From Escherichia phage 4MG: DNA of 64,000 nucleotides. The notes under the pieces were generated by a model, which was not told the origin of the DNA, ran no database searches, and saw nothing but the letters and a program-made list of their open reading frames with translations. A program made the position numbers and the translations under genes. The stretch lies in the sequence record NC_022968.1; one strand, 5' to 3'. Each line of letters starts with the position of its first letter. Positions within the stretch are counted from its first letter, which is position 1. Below are positions 55,128 through 63,989 of this stretch, piece by piece.

Positions 55128-55500
55128 CTGGAAAACACGGTTTGACATACGTGATGTATGGGGTCAACGAAATGGTGAATGCGGTCCTGAAGAATGGACT
55201 GATAAAACTGTTCATGAGTTGGCAAAAGAGGTTGCTCGTCGCATAAAGCGTAAGTGGCCTCAACACATGATTGACGGTCATGACTGGGACCCTAATCTCA
55301 CAGAAATCTACGACTGGTTTGTGTCGGTTCCTTCTTTGAAAGAACATCGTGATATGCTGGCGCGTCTGATTGCGAATGAGAATGTCAGTGATGATGAGAT
55401 CTGCGATCTTTCAAACAACACACCGATGAAAGAGTTCAATGACGCAATGGACCTTTTCTACGACTGGTGTGATCGTAACTTGGTATGGGTGGAAAAGTGA
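55120..55500 (+). CDS. hypothetical protein
   Basis: ORF. Confidence 0.45.
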   Translation: MANWKTRFDIRDVWGQRNGECGPEEWTDKTVHELAKEVARRIKRKWPQHMIDGHDWDPNLTEIYDWFVSVPSLKEHRDMLARLIANENVSDDEICDLSNNTPMKEFNDAMDLFYDWCDRNLVWVEK

Positions 55501-55713
55501 AGCCTTTAGATTTTAACAGGGACGTTCCTCGTCATCGACACCGCCTTAGTCGTCGTGCATGGTATGTGGTTTTTGGTGCTGGTAGGGTGCATCAAACAGA
55601 TAAGTTATTGCCGAAAGACCTTGCAGAGAGAATCCATACCCTATACAATGATATAGACCCCATTGATATTGAGGGGGTAATTGAAAGTTATCTTGAACAA
55701 AGGAGACAAACTA

Positions 55714-56922
55714 ATGTCGAGTCGTAACATTTTTGATGAGAACCGTATCACACTTCGGGATGTTCCTGATCTGATGAAGTTCTGTCAGCGTCGTGGACGC
55801 GCTTTGATGATGTTTGGTGGTGCTGGTCTTGGCAAGAGCCAGGCAATGAAGCAGGTAGCCAATATGATGTTTGGTGAGCGTGACGACAACCTGATCGACT
55901 TCCGTCTTGCGGATAAAGAACCGTCTGACGTTGTTGGGGTGCAGATCCCCGTTACCGACAACAATGGTATTACACGTACTGTGTACGCTATCCCAAGCTT
56001 CTGGCCTGATGATCCGAACTGGCAGGGCATTGTGTTCCTGGATGAGTTGCTCCATGCGGAGCCATATCTCCAGAAAGTTGCCTATCAGATCATGCTTGAT
56101 CATAAGATCGGTACATATAAGTTCCCGGTAGGCGCGGTGTTTGCAGGTGCAGGTAACCGCCCTGGTGATGGTACTGCGGTAAGTATGCTGGAAGCTCCAC
56201 TGGCTAACCGTATGATCCTCGTTGAACTGGATTACGACACAACTGTTTGGTTACAGGACTTCGCTATGCACAACGATGTTCACCCATCCGTTGTTGGTTT
56301 TGTGAGCGCAAACCCAAGTAAGATCGAAAACTATGAAGAGATGCTGGAGATTAACTCCCCTTCATACGCCACTCCGCGTACTTGGGTCACCGCAAGTGAT
56401 ATTCTGTACGATTATGACGCAGGCCTGCTCTCTGCTCGTCTGGCACTGGCATCGTTGCAGGGTAGTATCGGTAAGCCTCTGGCTAACGAACTGTGGGAAT
56501 ACCATACCCGTATCTCCAAAATGGTCTCTATCGAGGATGTGATGAGCGGTAAACTTACTAAACATACCGGGGCTGACTCATCCGACATCCTGTGGACACT
56601 GGGTTCTCAAGGTTCTATCTGGCTTCGTAAGGCTATCCAGAACAAGGAGTACACTGATGATGAGGTTATCGCGTTTGCTGCTAACTTCCTGAAGTATATG
56701 TATGATAACTTCGGGCAGGATGACACGGCATCCAACCGTGACTTCGTAAGTTCGGTGTTTATGTCCTTCATCCAGGAGAACTCCTTCGGGAAGGCGATCC
56801 TGATGTCGGGTAACCGTGAGCGTTTACCTGCTAAACTACTCCAGAAATACCCGGTGGTTATGGAGATCATCACAGAATACCGTAAGAACTTCTCTGACGG
56901 TGTAGATGCAATCGTGAACTAA
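55714..56922 (+). CDS. MoxR/CobS-like AAA+ ATPase
   Basis: Walker A GGAGLGKSQ, Walker B IVFLDELLHAEP; trimmed to ATG after AAAGGAGACAAACTA. Confidence 0.65.
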   Translation: MSSRNIFDENRITLRDVPDLMKFCQRRGRALMMFGGAGLGKSQAMKQVANMMFGERDDNLIDFRLADKEPSDVVGVQIPVTDNNGITRTVYAIPSFWPDDPNWQGIVFLDELLHAEPYLQKVAYQIMLDHKIGTYKFPVGAVFAGAGNRPGDGTAVSMLEAPLANRMILVELDYDTTVWLQDFAMHNDVHPSVVGFVSANPSKIENYEEMLEINSPSYATPRTWVTASDILYDYDAGLLSARLALASLQGSIGKPLANELWEYHTRISKMVSIEDVMSGKLTKHTGADSSDILWTLGSQGSIWLRKAIQNKEYTDDEVIAFAANFLKYMYDNFGQDDTASNRDFVSSVFMSFIQENSFGKAILMSGNRERLPAKLLQKYPVVMEIITEYRKNFSDGVDAIVN

Positions 56923-56931
56923 GGGGGCGTT

Positions 56932-57621
56932 GTGTCTGGAGATCGCTGGATTCTGTATCGTCAACAGCATGAGCTTGGGTTTTATGAGCTTAAACTCTGC
57001 CTGAACAGTGGTGATGAGTGGGCGTATGCCCCTATCATCTCTCTTGGCTCTGGAAGCCAACAGGCAGATTTTGCTGCTGAGGATTATTTTAAAAGGTCTT
57101 TACCTTTGCTAGGAGAAGAGGGCTACGACAGAAGTATAGACCTGAAGCAGAAGAGAAGCTATGTTGAGGTGGAGACAGACACACAACGCAGACACCTTAG
57201 TTTTATCGAAAGGGGAATATTCCCCTTTGGTGAATGGGCGGGTGTTGCTTTCGAGGACTGTCCCCCACCCCTGCTGTTGTGGTATATCAACGGGGGTGAT
57301 TTTGATAACCTCAAAATTTCTTGCTCTCTGAAGGCAGCGTGTCTTGGTGCGTATCTTTCAATTCAGGATCGTGCTGATTATTACAAACCATCAAGGGACA
57401 AGGTGAGTCTTTCTGGAACCATATTACGCTGTGAAAGGTTCAGAGAGATGTACAGCGTTCATATGGTAACAGAAGACAGGAATTACTTGACCTTCCTGAG
57501 CAAGACACAATACGAATGTGGTGATGAGGCCTGTTTTAATGGCTACATTATTGAGAACATGGAATGGGGTGGTATCTGCTACAATCGTGGTTCTTCTAAA
57601 AAACCTGCTAAAAACATTTGA
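56932..57621 (+). CDS. hypothetical protein
   Basis: GTG start after CTAAGGGGGCGTT. Confidence 0.45.
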   Translation: MSGDRWILYRQQHELGFYELKLCLNSGDEWAYAPIISLGSGSQQADFAAEDYFKRSLPLLGEEGYDRSIDLKQKRSYVEVETDTQRRHLSFIERGIFPFGEWAGVAFEDCPPPLLLWYINGGDFDNLKISCSLKAACLGAYLSIQDRADYYKPSRDKVSLSGTILRCERFREMYSVHMVTEDRNYLTFLSKTQYECGDEACFNGYIIENMEWGGICYNRGSSKKPAKNI

Positions 57622-57646
57622 CAGCCTCTTCGGAGGCTGTTAATCT
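57618..57646 (+). promoter_or_regulatory. sigma70-type promoter whose spacer is a hairpin (may also act as a weak terminator)
   Basis: TTGACA - GCCTCTTCGGAGGCTGT - TAATCT. Confidence 0.4.
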
Positions 57647-57680
57647 TTGTGCATACCAAACAGAACGAGGATAAACTCAA

Positions 57681-58022
57681 ATGCAAATTACTGAAACTCT
57701 GAATGACCAACAACGTCTGATGTCTCTTGGACACAAAGAGGCTCTGCAACAGAACTTCCCGATCTTCAACGAACTGACCACCGATGGTTATGAGGTTGAG
57801 TTCTATTATGTTGATGGTTTTGGTGGCCTGACCATCGTTCCAAGCGTGAAGCGTATCCGCGTTAAAGCGAACCAGGAAGCGCTGTCTGACGTGGACTACT
57901 GCTCTAAACTGGCACATAAGGTCCGTCAATCCTTTGAATCTCGTCTGACAAATCCGAAATTCCTGTCAGGTCAGAAGATCTCCAGTGCATTCAAAAACAA
58001 GAAGGGGAAATACCGTGTATAA
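57681..58022 (+). CDS. hypothetical protein
   Basis: RBS GAGGATAAACTCAA. Confidence 0.5.
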   Translation: MQITETLNDQQRLMSLGHKEALQQNFPIFNELTTDGYEVEFYYVDGFGGLTIVPSVKRIRVKANQEALSDVDYCSKLAHKVRQSFESRLTNPKFLSGQKISSAFKNKKGKYRV

Positions 58023-58206
58023 CTTAACCTGGGAACAAGCAAAGCAGGCAATGCGTGAAGGTAAGCGTGTACGCAACCAATATTTCACCAGCGATGAGTG
58101 GTTTGAAATGGTTGATGGGCGTATCTACGCAGAGGACGGTTGCCCTATGGCAGGCTGGTATCGTGGTGAGGCGTGGCAGGATGAAGGCTGGAGTGTGATC
58201 GAATGA
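58015..58206 (+). CDS. DUF2829-like small protein, possible Thoeris anti-defence (Tad2-like) signal sponge
   Basis: N-terminal YNLTWEQAKQAMREGKRVRNQYF resembles the DUF2829 pattern; GTG start overlapping upstream stop. Confidence 0.35.
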   Translation: MYNLTWEQAKQAMREGKRVRNQYFTSDEWFEMVDGRIYAEDGCPMAGWYRGEAWQDEGWSVIE

Positions 58207-58351
58207 TCTACAAAAACCAATTCTGTAATGTTTGGCGCAAGTTTGTTAACGGTAAAGGCTATGTATCTGGTGACCAAGGCCTTACTTGGACAGAGAACGG
58301 CGCTCCTGAAGACCTGATCAAGCGTTTACCTTACTATGTGGAGAGCAAAGC

Positions 58352-58552
58352 ATGACAACAAAGTGGATCGAGACCCCCAATGGTGTTAATGACATCCCTG
58401 TTGGTTACTGGTGTGTTGTCATGAAAGATGGGAAACCCGGCTTTTGCGAAGCCAGTAAGGGTAACGGTTGCATTCACTACATCATCAACGGGCATTTCTA
58501 TTTCGATATGGAACCTGTTGTTGCGTATTGTAAATTCCCACTTTGGCTTTAG
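58352..58552 (+). CDS. hypothetical protein
   Basis: ATGA overlap. Confidence 0.45.
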   Translation: MTTKWIETPNGVNDIPVGYWCVVMKDGKPGFCEASKGNGCIHYIINGHFYFDMEPVVAYCKFPLWL

Positions 58553-58562
58553 GAGAGAAAGT

Positions 58563-58856
58563 ATGAGCCGCAGACCCGGTTTCGGTTATATCTACATTGT
58601 TGATAAAGAAGGTGATGATCGCCTGGTGCGTCTTGGTTCTCTCGATATCGACTACGTGAAGGACCAGTATGGTCCTGATGCAAAGAACTGCCATATCCGT
58701 GAAGATAGTGGCTTCTGCCAGTCGTCATGGACAGCGGGTGAATCTGCTGGTGCAATTCTGGCTAAAATCTCAGAGCACGATAAAGAGTATGTCCATTTTG
58801 TCCGTGACTTTGCTCAACGGAACCACATTGTCCTGATGAAGGGGGAGTTATGGTAG
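58563..58856 (+). CDS. hypothetical protein
   Basis: Trimmed to ATG after TAGGAGAGAAAGT. Confidence 0.5.
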   Translation: MSRRPGFGYIYIVDKEGDDRLVRLGSLDIDYVKDQYGPDAKNCHIREDSGFCQSSWTAGESAGAILAKISEHDKEYVHFVRDFAQRNHIVLMKGELW

Positions 58857-59047
58857 AATTTAGACCTGTTCCGGATTATGCAGATGTTATGTCAGCGGAA
58901 GATTGGTCAAACTGTGTAAGGGTCGGTGCATTTATTCCCGATGATGGTGATGGGTACTGGTGCAAAAATGATATATCCGAATCCAATATCAGTTGCTGGA
59001 AGCCTAAGCCGGAGTGGGCCACCCATGTTGCGTGGTACAATCGCTAA
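58850..59047 (+). CDS. hypothetical protein
   Basis: ORF. Confidence 0.4.
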   Translation: MVEFRPVPDYADVMSAEDWSNCVRVGAFIPDDGDGYWCKNDISESNISCWKPKPEWATHVAWYNR

Positions 59048-59219
59048 TGGCTAAGTTTAAATTCCAGAAATCCGAACTAAATGAGCGTTGGTGGCTTGAC
59101 ACCGCCAACCTTGTTGTGGGAGGATACACCTACAAAAGGCATCGGGTGTTCGTTGTCTGTGCTAAAACCAAAGCAGAAGCTCGTGAGAGCATGGCTGCTT
59201 TCATTGAGAGGAGTTGTAT

Positions 59220-59732
59220 ATGACGATTGAATTAAAACTGGACACAGCGGCAGTAGAAAAGCTTTTCCCAGAGGGGACAGAACTGCGTGTAAACCTACAA
59301 CAATCTGTGGTGAACAATATCGCCAAGCGGATTCTTGATCGCGATATCTCTGTTCGCCTGGAAACCTTGATCCGTACCCATGTGGCGCATGAGTGCGGCA
59401 TGATGGACCTGAATACCCTGGTCAAGAATGCTCTTGATGCACACCTTGAGAAAACTGGCTGGCATGATCACCGTCTTAAGGATAGCACCACCTCACAGAT
59501 CCGTGAATTGGTTAAGAAAAAGGTGCAACAGCTTGCGGATTCAGAAATGCAAAAGATCATTAACGATACCCTTTCTCGTTCTACCAATACGATGAAGGAT
59601 ACCCTTGATCGCCATATCGACAATGCGCTTCAGGATGTGGAAAAACACATCGCTACACGCCTTAACCAGAAATTCGCTGCGGTTGTTGATGCTGCGATTG
59701 CTGCTAAACTCGGTATGGAGGTGAAGAAATGA
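59220..59732 (+). CDS. hypothetical protein
   Basis: RBS GAGGAGTTGTAT. Confidence 0.5.
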   Translation: MTIELKLDTAAVEKLFPEGTELRVNLQQSVVNNIAKRILDRDISVRLETLIRTHVAHECGMMDLNTLVKNALDAHLEKTGWHDHRLKDSTTSQIRELVKKKVQQLADSEMQKIINDTLSRSTNTMKDTLDRHIDNALQDVEKHIATRLNQKFAAVVDAAIAAKLGMEVKK

Positions 59733-60223
59733 GCTTCAAATACAAAGTTGGTGACCTGATCGAAGCGGTCAAGAATGGTGAGGTTAATGTTTTTGCGCAT
59801 GGCTGCAACTGTTTTTGCACAATGGGTAGCGGTATCGCACCACTGATCAAAGAAGCGTTTCCGAAAATGTACGCTGCGGATCTGAAGACCGAGAAGGGTG
59901 ATAAGCATAAGCTTGGAACCTACACAATGGCCTTCCTGAAGGACGGCGAAGCTGCTGGTTTTAATCTGTATTCGCAATATGGCTATAATCGCCGTAAACA
60001 GGGCCTCAGGGACCTCGATTACAATGCCCTGTATGATTCGTTGGATTTGATGAAGAAGGCCTTACAGAGCTTTACAGACGGTTCTGTGGCTGACTACAAA
60101 ATCGGCTTCCCTAAAATCGGTGCTGGTCTTGCAGGCGGCGACTGGAACGTCATCGAAGCGATGATCAAGTCCGTGTTTTGGGATTGCGATGTCACAATCT
60201 ACATCCTTCCGGAGAAAAAGTGA
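59729..60223 (+). CDS. macro domain protein (ADP-ribose binding or hydrolysing)
   Basis: VFAHGCNCFCTMGSGIAPLI and IGFPKIGAGLAGGDW match the two glycine-rich macro-domain motifs; ATGA overlap. Confidence 0.55.
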   Translation: MSFKYKVGDLIEAVKNGEVNVFAHGCNCFCTMGSGIAPLIKEAFPKMYAADLKTEKGDKHKLGTYTMAFLKDGEAAGFNLYSQYGYNRRKQGLRDLDYNALYDSLDLMKKALQSFTDGSVADYKIGFPKIGAGLAGGDWNVIEAMIKSVFWDCDVTIYILPEKK

Positions 60224-60411
60224 TGTTCGTGATAATCTATTTGGCTATGTGGGTTCTGGCAACAACTGTATTCATCAGGCGCTGGCAGCGTCAGTTTGGA
60301 AGGGTTGATGCCTTTATCTTGGTATCGGCTATCTTTGCAGGGTTCTTTTGGTTCGCATACTTCCCGATTTTGGTAATCCTTCGCTTAATAAACGGAGACT
60401 GGAGATCATGA
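60223..60411 (+). CDS. small membrane protein
   Basis: Two hydrophobic segments; overlapping start. Confidence 0.4.
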   Translation: MFVIIYLAMWVLATTVFIRRWQRQFGRVDAFILVSAIFAGFFWFAYFPILVILRLINGDWRS

Positions 60412-60608
60412 TCGAATTAAAAGATGGTATGGTTGCACATACTAAAAAGATCGACCTTCATGTCGGTAATACGGTGTTCACCTATAACGCCCCTCGTGGT
60501 CAGAGCTTTGCTATCCTACTCCTTGGTGCAGAGAAGCCAAGTGGTGACGGCACTGGTATCCAGATCGATGAGTGGCTGAAGAATCGCGGTTGGAAACTGG
60601 AGGACTAA
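60408..60608 (+). CDS. hypothetical protein
   Basis: Trimmed start. Confidence 0.45.
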   Translation: MIELKDGMVAHTKKIDLHVGNTVFTYNAPRGQSFAILLLGAEKPSGDGTGIQIDEWLKNRGWKLED

Positions 60609-60850
60609 TGTATTATAAACATAAAAGCGCAGACCAGCAGAAAGAATTATTCGCTATTTTGGATACGGATAACAACTCTTTCTGGTTCTCAGGTATGAAT
60701 CGTGTAGCATATTCATCCTCTGGGATTGCAAAGACAGCGTTCTCTTCCAGCGCGAAAAATCCTCTCCGCTGCAAGTTCGGAGAACAGACTCGCTTTAAGA
60801 TTGTTCGCGTAGCGATTACACCAGAGGGGATTATTGCTCATGAGGTATAA
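60608..60850 (+). CDS. hypothetical protein (paralog pair, copy 1)
   Basis: Shares D-T-x-FW-x-G-x-AW/Y-x-S-xG-AK-xA...RxK...Q-TR-x-V-V pattern with next gene. Confidence 0.5.
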   Translation: MYYKHKSADQQKELFAILDTDNNSFWFSGMNRVAYSSSGIAKTAFSSSAKNPLRCKFGEQTRFKIVRVAITPEGIIAHEV

Positions 60851-61088
60851 AAAACGACTTGACACAGTTTTCTTAATCTTCGATACTGAGGACGGTATTT
60901 TGTGGAGTCATGGGCCAAAGGCTGCTTGGATAAGTACCGGGGCAGCAAAGAATGCCTGGAACTTATGCTCTAAGTCATACTATGACGACAAAGGCGACCG
61001 CATAAAACCGAAGTTTGACGATCAAACGCGTTATGTCATCGTTGAAATTCATGAAAATTTTGTTAGAAATCTTGTAGAGGAGAAATAA
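60840..61088 (+). CDS. hypothetical protein (paralog pair, copy 2)
   Basis: Tandem duplicate of previous gene. Confidence 0.5.
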   Translation: MRYKKRLDTVFLIFDTEDGILWSHGPKAAWISTGAAKNAWNLCSKSYYDDKGDRIKPKFDDQTRYVIVEIHENFVRNLVEEK

Positions 61089-61475
61089 ATGACTATGAGT
61101 AAATCTTTGGGCCAAACTACCCCTGCACAGCCTACAGAAATTGGGGGTAAGCGTTTCGCTGGTATCCTGCGTGATGTGGAACCGTTCTTCGGTTTCGGTA
61201 CGCATAAAGAGGTTCGTTGCATCTATGGTATCTTGGGCCGTGACCACAAAAACCGTGGCTTTGATGGTGGGCCGGTCCGTACTTCTGTTGTGCAGGATCT
61301 GATTGTCCATGAAGGTGATATTTATGCTATCACTATGAATAGCGCCTATCTGCTGGAAAGCGTACAGCTTCAGCATTTTATCGCCAGCGATATTTGGCGT
61401 GATGACATTGCCAAGCTCATTGCTCTCGCAATGATTGGTCAGGCAGCAAAGAATGAGGAGTCTAAAATTGACTAA
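61089..61475 (+). CDS. hypothetical protein
   Basis: ORF. Confidence 0.45.
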   Translation: MTMSKSLGQTTPAQPTEIGGKRFAGILRDVEPFFGFGTHKEVRCIYGILGRDHKNRGFDGGPVRTSVVQDLIVHEGDIYAITMNSAYLLESVQLQHFIASDIWRDDIAKLIALAMIGQAAKNEESKID

Positions 61476-62514
61476 ACCTATTAAGTACCCAAGCACCAAC
61501 CAGTTCCGTCAGGTTATTAAGGCGATTCATGATCGCCTGACCTTTGATGGTATTGATGAGAATGGAAACATCAAGCGCAAGGTTGTTGCGCCAGATCAGT
61601 ACCTGATCCCGTACATCGGTACAGTTAAGATCCACGGGACCAACGGCAGCATTGTCTTCCACTCTGAAGATGAGGTTGTTTTCCAGTCCAAAGAGCGTAT
61701 CGTTCAGGTTGGGGATGACAACAACGGCTTTGCTGCGTTCATGACCCGTAAAGATACCAAAGAGCTTCTGGAGCAGGTCAAGTACCTGTGTGAATGCAAT
61801 GACACACCATTCTCTTTCCCAGTTGAGATCGCTGGTGAGTGGGCTGGTCGCGGTATCCAGAAAGGCGTTGCTGTAAGCGAAGTTGAGCCGTTCTTCACGA
61901 TCTTCCGTGTTGCGGTTGGTCGCAATGAAGAGGGAAATTCCCTGAACTGGATGCCACCAAACTTCCAGTACGGCATTGGCCTGCCACAACAGCGGATCTT
62001 CAGTGTTCTTGACTTTGGTTTCTGGTCTGTGCAGATCCCATTCAACGAACCTGAACTGGTACAGAACGATCTGACCACACTGACGATGCAGGTTGAAGCC
62101 TCCTGCCCGGTTGGGAAACACTTCGGCGTTGAAGGTGTTGGTGAAGGCATTGTGTGGTCTCCTCTGCAACCTGAACTGGCTAAAGACTCCGGTCTGTGGT
62201 TCAAGGTGAAAGGCGAGAAGCACTCTGTGTCTAAGGTGAAAACTCTGGCTGAAGTTGACCCAGTACGTCTTCAGAACATGCGTGAGTTTGTTGACTACGC
62301 TGTGACTGAGAATCGCCTTGAGCAGGCTCTTGGTGAGGTTGGTCTCGACCAAACCAAGATCGGTGAGTTCATCGCATGGGTTAGTCGTGACATCAACAAG
62401 GAAGAAGGCGATGTTCTGGAAGCTAACTCCCTGACCATGAAGGATGTTGCGAAGTTCATCAGTAACAAATCTCGTGGCTGGTACATGCAGAAACTGAACG
62501 AGAGTCCACTGTAA
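61468..62514 (+). CDS. Rnl2-family RNA ligase
   Basis: VKIHGTNGSIV (motif I KxHGxN) and AGEWAGRGIQKG parallel T4 Rnl2 EKIHGTNFSL and FGEFAGPGIQKN as recalled; TTG start after GAGGAG. Confidence 0.6.
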   Translation: MTKPIKYPSTNQFRQVIKAIHDRLTFDGIDENGNIKRKVVAPDQYLIPYIGTVKIHGTNGSIVFHSEDEVVFQSKERIVQVGDDNNGFAAFMTRKDTKELLEQVKYLCECNDTPFSFPVEIAGEWAGRGIQKGVAVSEVEPFFTIFRVAVGRNEEGNSLNWMPPNFQYGIGLPQQRIFSVLDFGFWSVQIPFNEPELVQNDLTTLTMQVEASCPVGKHFGVEGVGEGIVWSPLQPELAKDSGLWFKVKGEKHSVSKVKTLAEVDPVRLQNMREFVDYAVTENRLEQALGEVGLDQTKIGEFIAWVSRDINKEEGDVLEANSLTMKDVAKFISNKSRGWYMQKLNESPL

Positions 62515-62699
62515 TGGCGCTGATCGTATGCACCTCACGGCCTGTTAAGGACAGGCCAGTGAAGTCTGAAGTTGATACTCTTATCTTCGAAGATGAAGAA
62601 ATGGGTAGACAATACGTAGAGGAACATGGTACGTTTGTCTTCTCAGTTCAAAAAGCGAGGATTATTCATGCAACAGACAGAGCCGAAGTTCGAAGTTAA
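62514..62699 (+). CDS. hypothetical protein
   Basis: ATGG overlap. Confidence 0.4.
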   Translation: MALIVCTSRPVKDRPVKSEVDTLIFEDEEMGRQYVEEHGTFVFSVQKARIIHATDRAEVRS

Positions 62700-62847
62700 T
62701 CATTTTGTTCGCGATAAGCACACGGGTAGAGTTATGAGAATCACCGATGTGCAATGGCAAGATGGTTGGTGTTATTCTTTTGATATGTTGGGTTGGCGTT
62801 TGTACCCAGAAGAGGATTTAGAGCCAATTGTTCCGATGCGTGGGTAA
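62668..62847 (+). CDS. hypothetical small protein
   Basis: Trimmed ORF. Confidence 0.35.
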   Translation: MQQTEPKFEVNHFVRDKHTGRVMRITDVQWQDGWCYSFDMLGWRLYPEEDLEPIVPMRG

Positions 62848-62875
62848 GCTTAAGGATTTATTAAGAGGAGAAAGT

Positions 62876-63238
62876 ATGGTAAAATCGAATGTTATTACTA
62901 TCAATGGACAGACCATTGTCAATGGTAGTATTAATTTCAATGGTGACCTGAACATCACCTCGAATGGAGATAACGTCTTCATCAATGGTGAACTTGTTCA
63001 CACCACACAGGAAAAGAACATCACTGTCGTTATTAACGGTGACACTAAGGGGATCAGCACAGTCTCTGGTGATGTCAACGTATACGGCACAGTGGCTGGT
63101 AACATCAAAACCACCTCTGGTGATGTTCACGTTGAAAACGGCGCACTTGGTGACGTTACCACAGTGTCCGGAGATGTACGTGCAAAAACAATAGAAGGCA
63201 ATGTAAAAACTGTCTCAGGCGATATCTCCCGCCGTTAA
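62876..63238 (+). CDS. repeat protein with beta-helix-like periodicity (bactofilin-like?)
   Basis: Repeated SGDV/NGxx units; RBS AAGAGGAGAAAGT. Confidence 0.5.
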   Translation: MVKSNVITINGQTIVNGSINFNGDLNITSNGDNVFINGELVHTTQEKNITVVINGDTKGISTVSGDVNVYGTVAGNIKTTSGDVHVENGALGDVTTVSGDVRAKTIEGNVKTVSGDISRR

Positions 63239-63243
63239 TTGAT

Positions 63244-63266
63244 AGCCCCTGCCCTGGGGCTTTTTA
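63244..63266 (+). terminator. rho-independent terminator
   Basis: GCCCCTGCCCTGGGGC followed by TTTTT. Confidence 0.7.
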
Positions 63267-63280
63267 ATTTGGAGCGTAAT

Positions 63281-63811
63281 TTGAAAGTAAAAAATCTGAT
63301 CCTGGCAACCGCCTGTGTGTTTTCTCTAGCCACCACGCCTGTACTGGCTAAAGACAACGCAAAGAAGCCCAAGGTGATTCATCTCTGCAAAAAAGATGAT
63401 TCAGCGGTAAATATCTTGGCATGTAATATGTATCGTGAAGCCCGTGGTGAGAGCGATTCTGGGATGATGTCTATCGCCTTTGTCACCCTTAACCGAAAGG
63501 ACAACGATAAGTTCCCTCACACCGTAAAGAAGATCGTGTACCAGTCCGGGCAATTCTCCTGGACATCTGGTAGTTCTTCCTTCAAAGTGTATGAAAAGGA
63601 GCGTTGGGAAAAGGCAAAAGAGTTTGCCTCGTTTCTAATCAAGGTGCATACCACGAACAAAATTGTGTATGATGCCCTTGACATCACTAAGGGTTCTACG
63701 TATTATCACTCAAAGAAGGTTAAACCATACTGGACGAAAGTTATGATTCGCACTGTAAGGATTGATAACCACATTTTCTATAAAGAGAAGCCTGAATCCC
63801 AGGGAGCCTGA
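63281..63811 (+). CDS. secreted SleB-like cell wall hydrolase
   Basis: N-terminal signal peptide (LILATACVFSLATTPVLA); NMYREARGES ... VTLNR ... YQSGQFSWT match Hydrolase_2/SleB motifs; TTG start after GGAG. Confidence 0.55.
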   Translation: MKVKNLILATACVFSLATTPVLAKDNAKKPKVIHLCKKDDSAVNILACNMYREARGESDSGMMSIAFVTLNRKDNDKFPHTVKKIVYQSGQFSWTSGSSSFKVYEKERWEKAKEFASFLIKVHTTNKIVYDALDITKGSTYYHSKKVKPYWTKVMIRTVRIDNHIFYKEKPESQGA

Positions 63812-63815
63812 ACGT

Positions 63816-63989
63816 ATGAAGAGTATTTTGCTACTTTGTGTTTGCATTATCCCGTATCTTGTGATACTGTCTCTTACTCAATGGATGTTCTGGGAGCAAG
63901 TGTCTGGGGCTTACGCTCTTGGCCTGCTGGCAGGTATCTATATCGTGCGGAAGGCTCGCAAAAGAAACCCCATAAATAACTGCAAATAG
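63816..63989 (+). CDS. small membrane protein
   Basis: Trimmed to ATG after AGGGAG; hydrophobic. Confidence 0.4.
   Translation: MKSILLLCVCIIPYLVILSLTQWMFWEQVSGAYALGLLAGIYIVRKARKRNPINNCK

Noticed and set aside
61462-62538. 358 aa minus-strand ORF
   Set aside because: Antisense to the Rnl2-like RNA ligase gene, which has clear catalytic motifs; no RBS.
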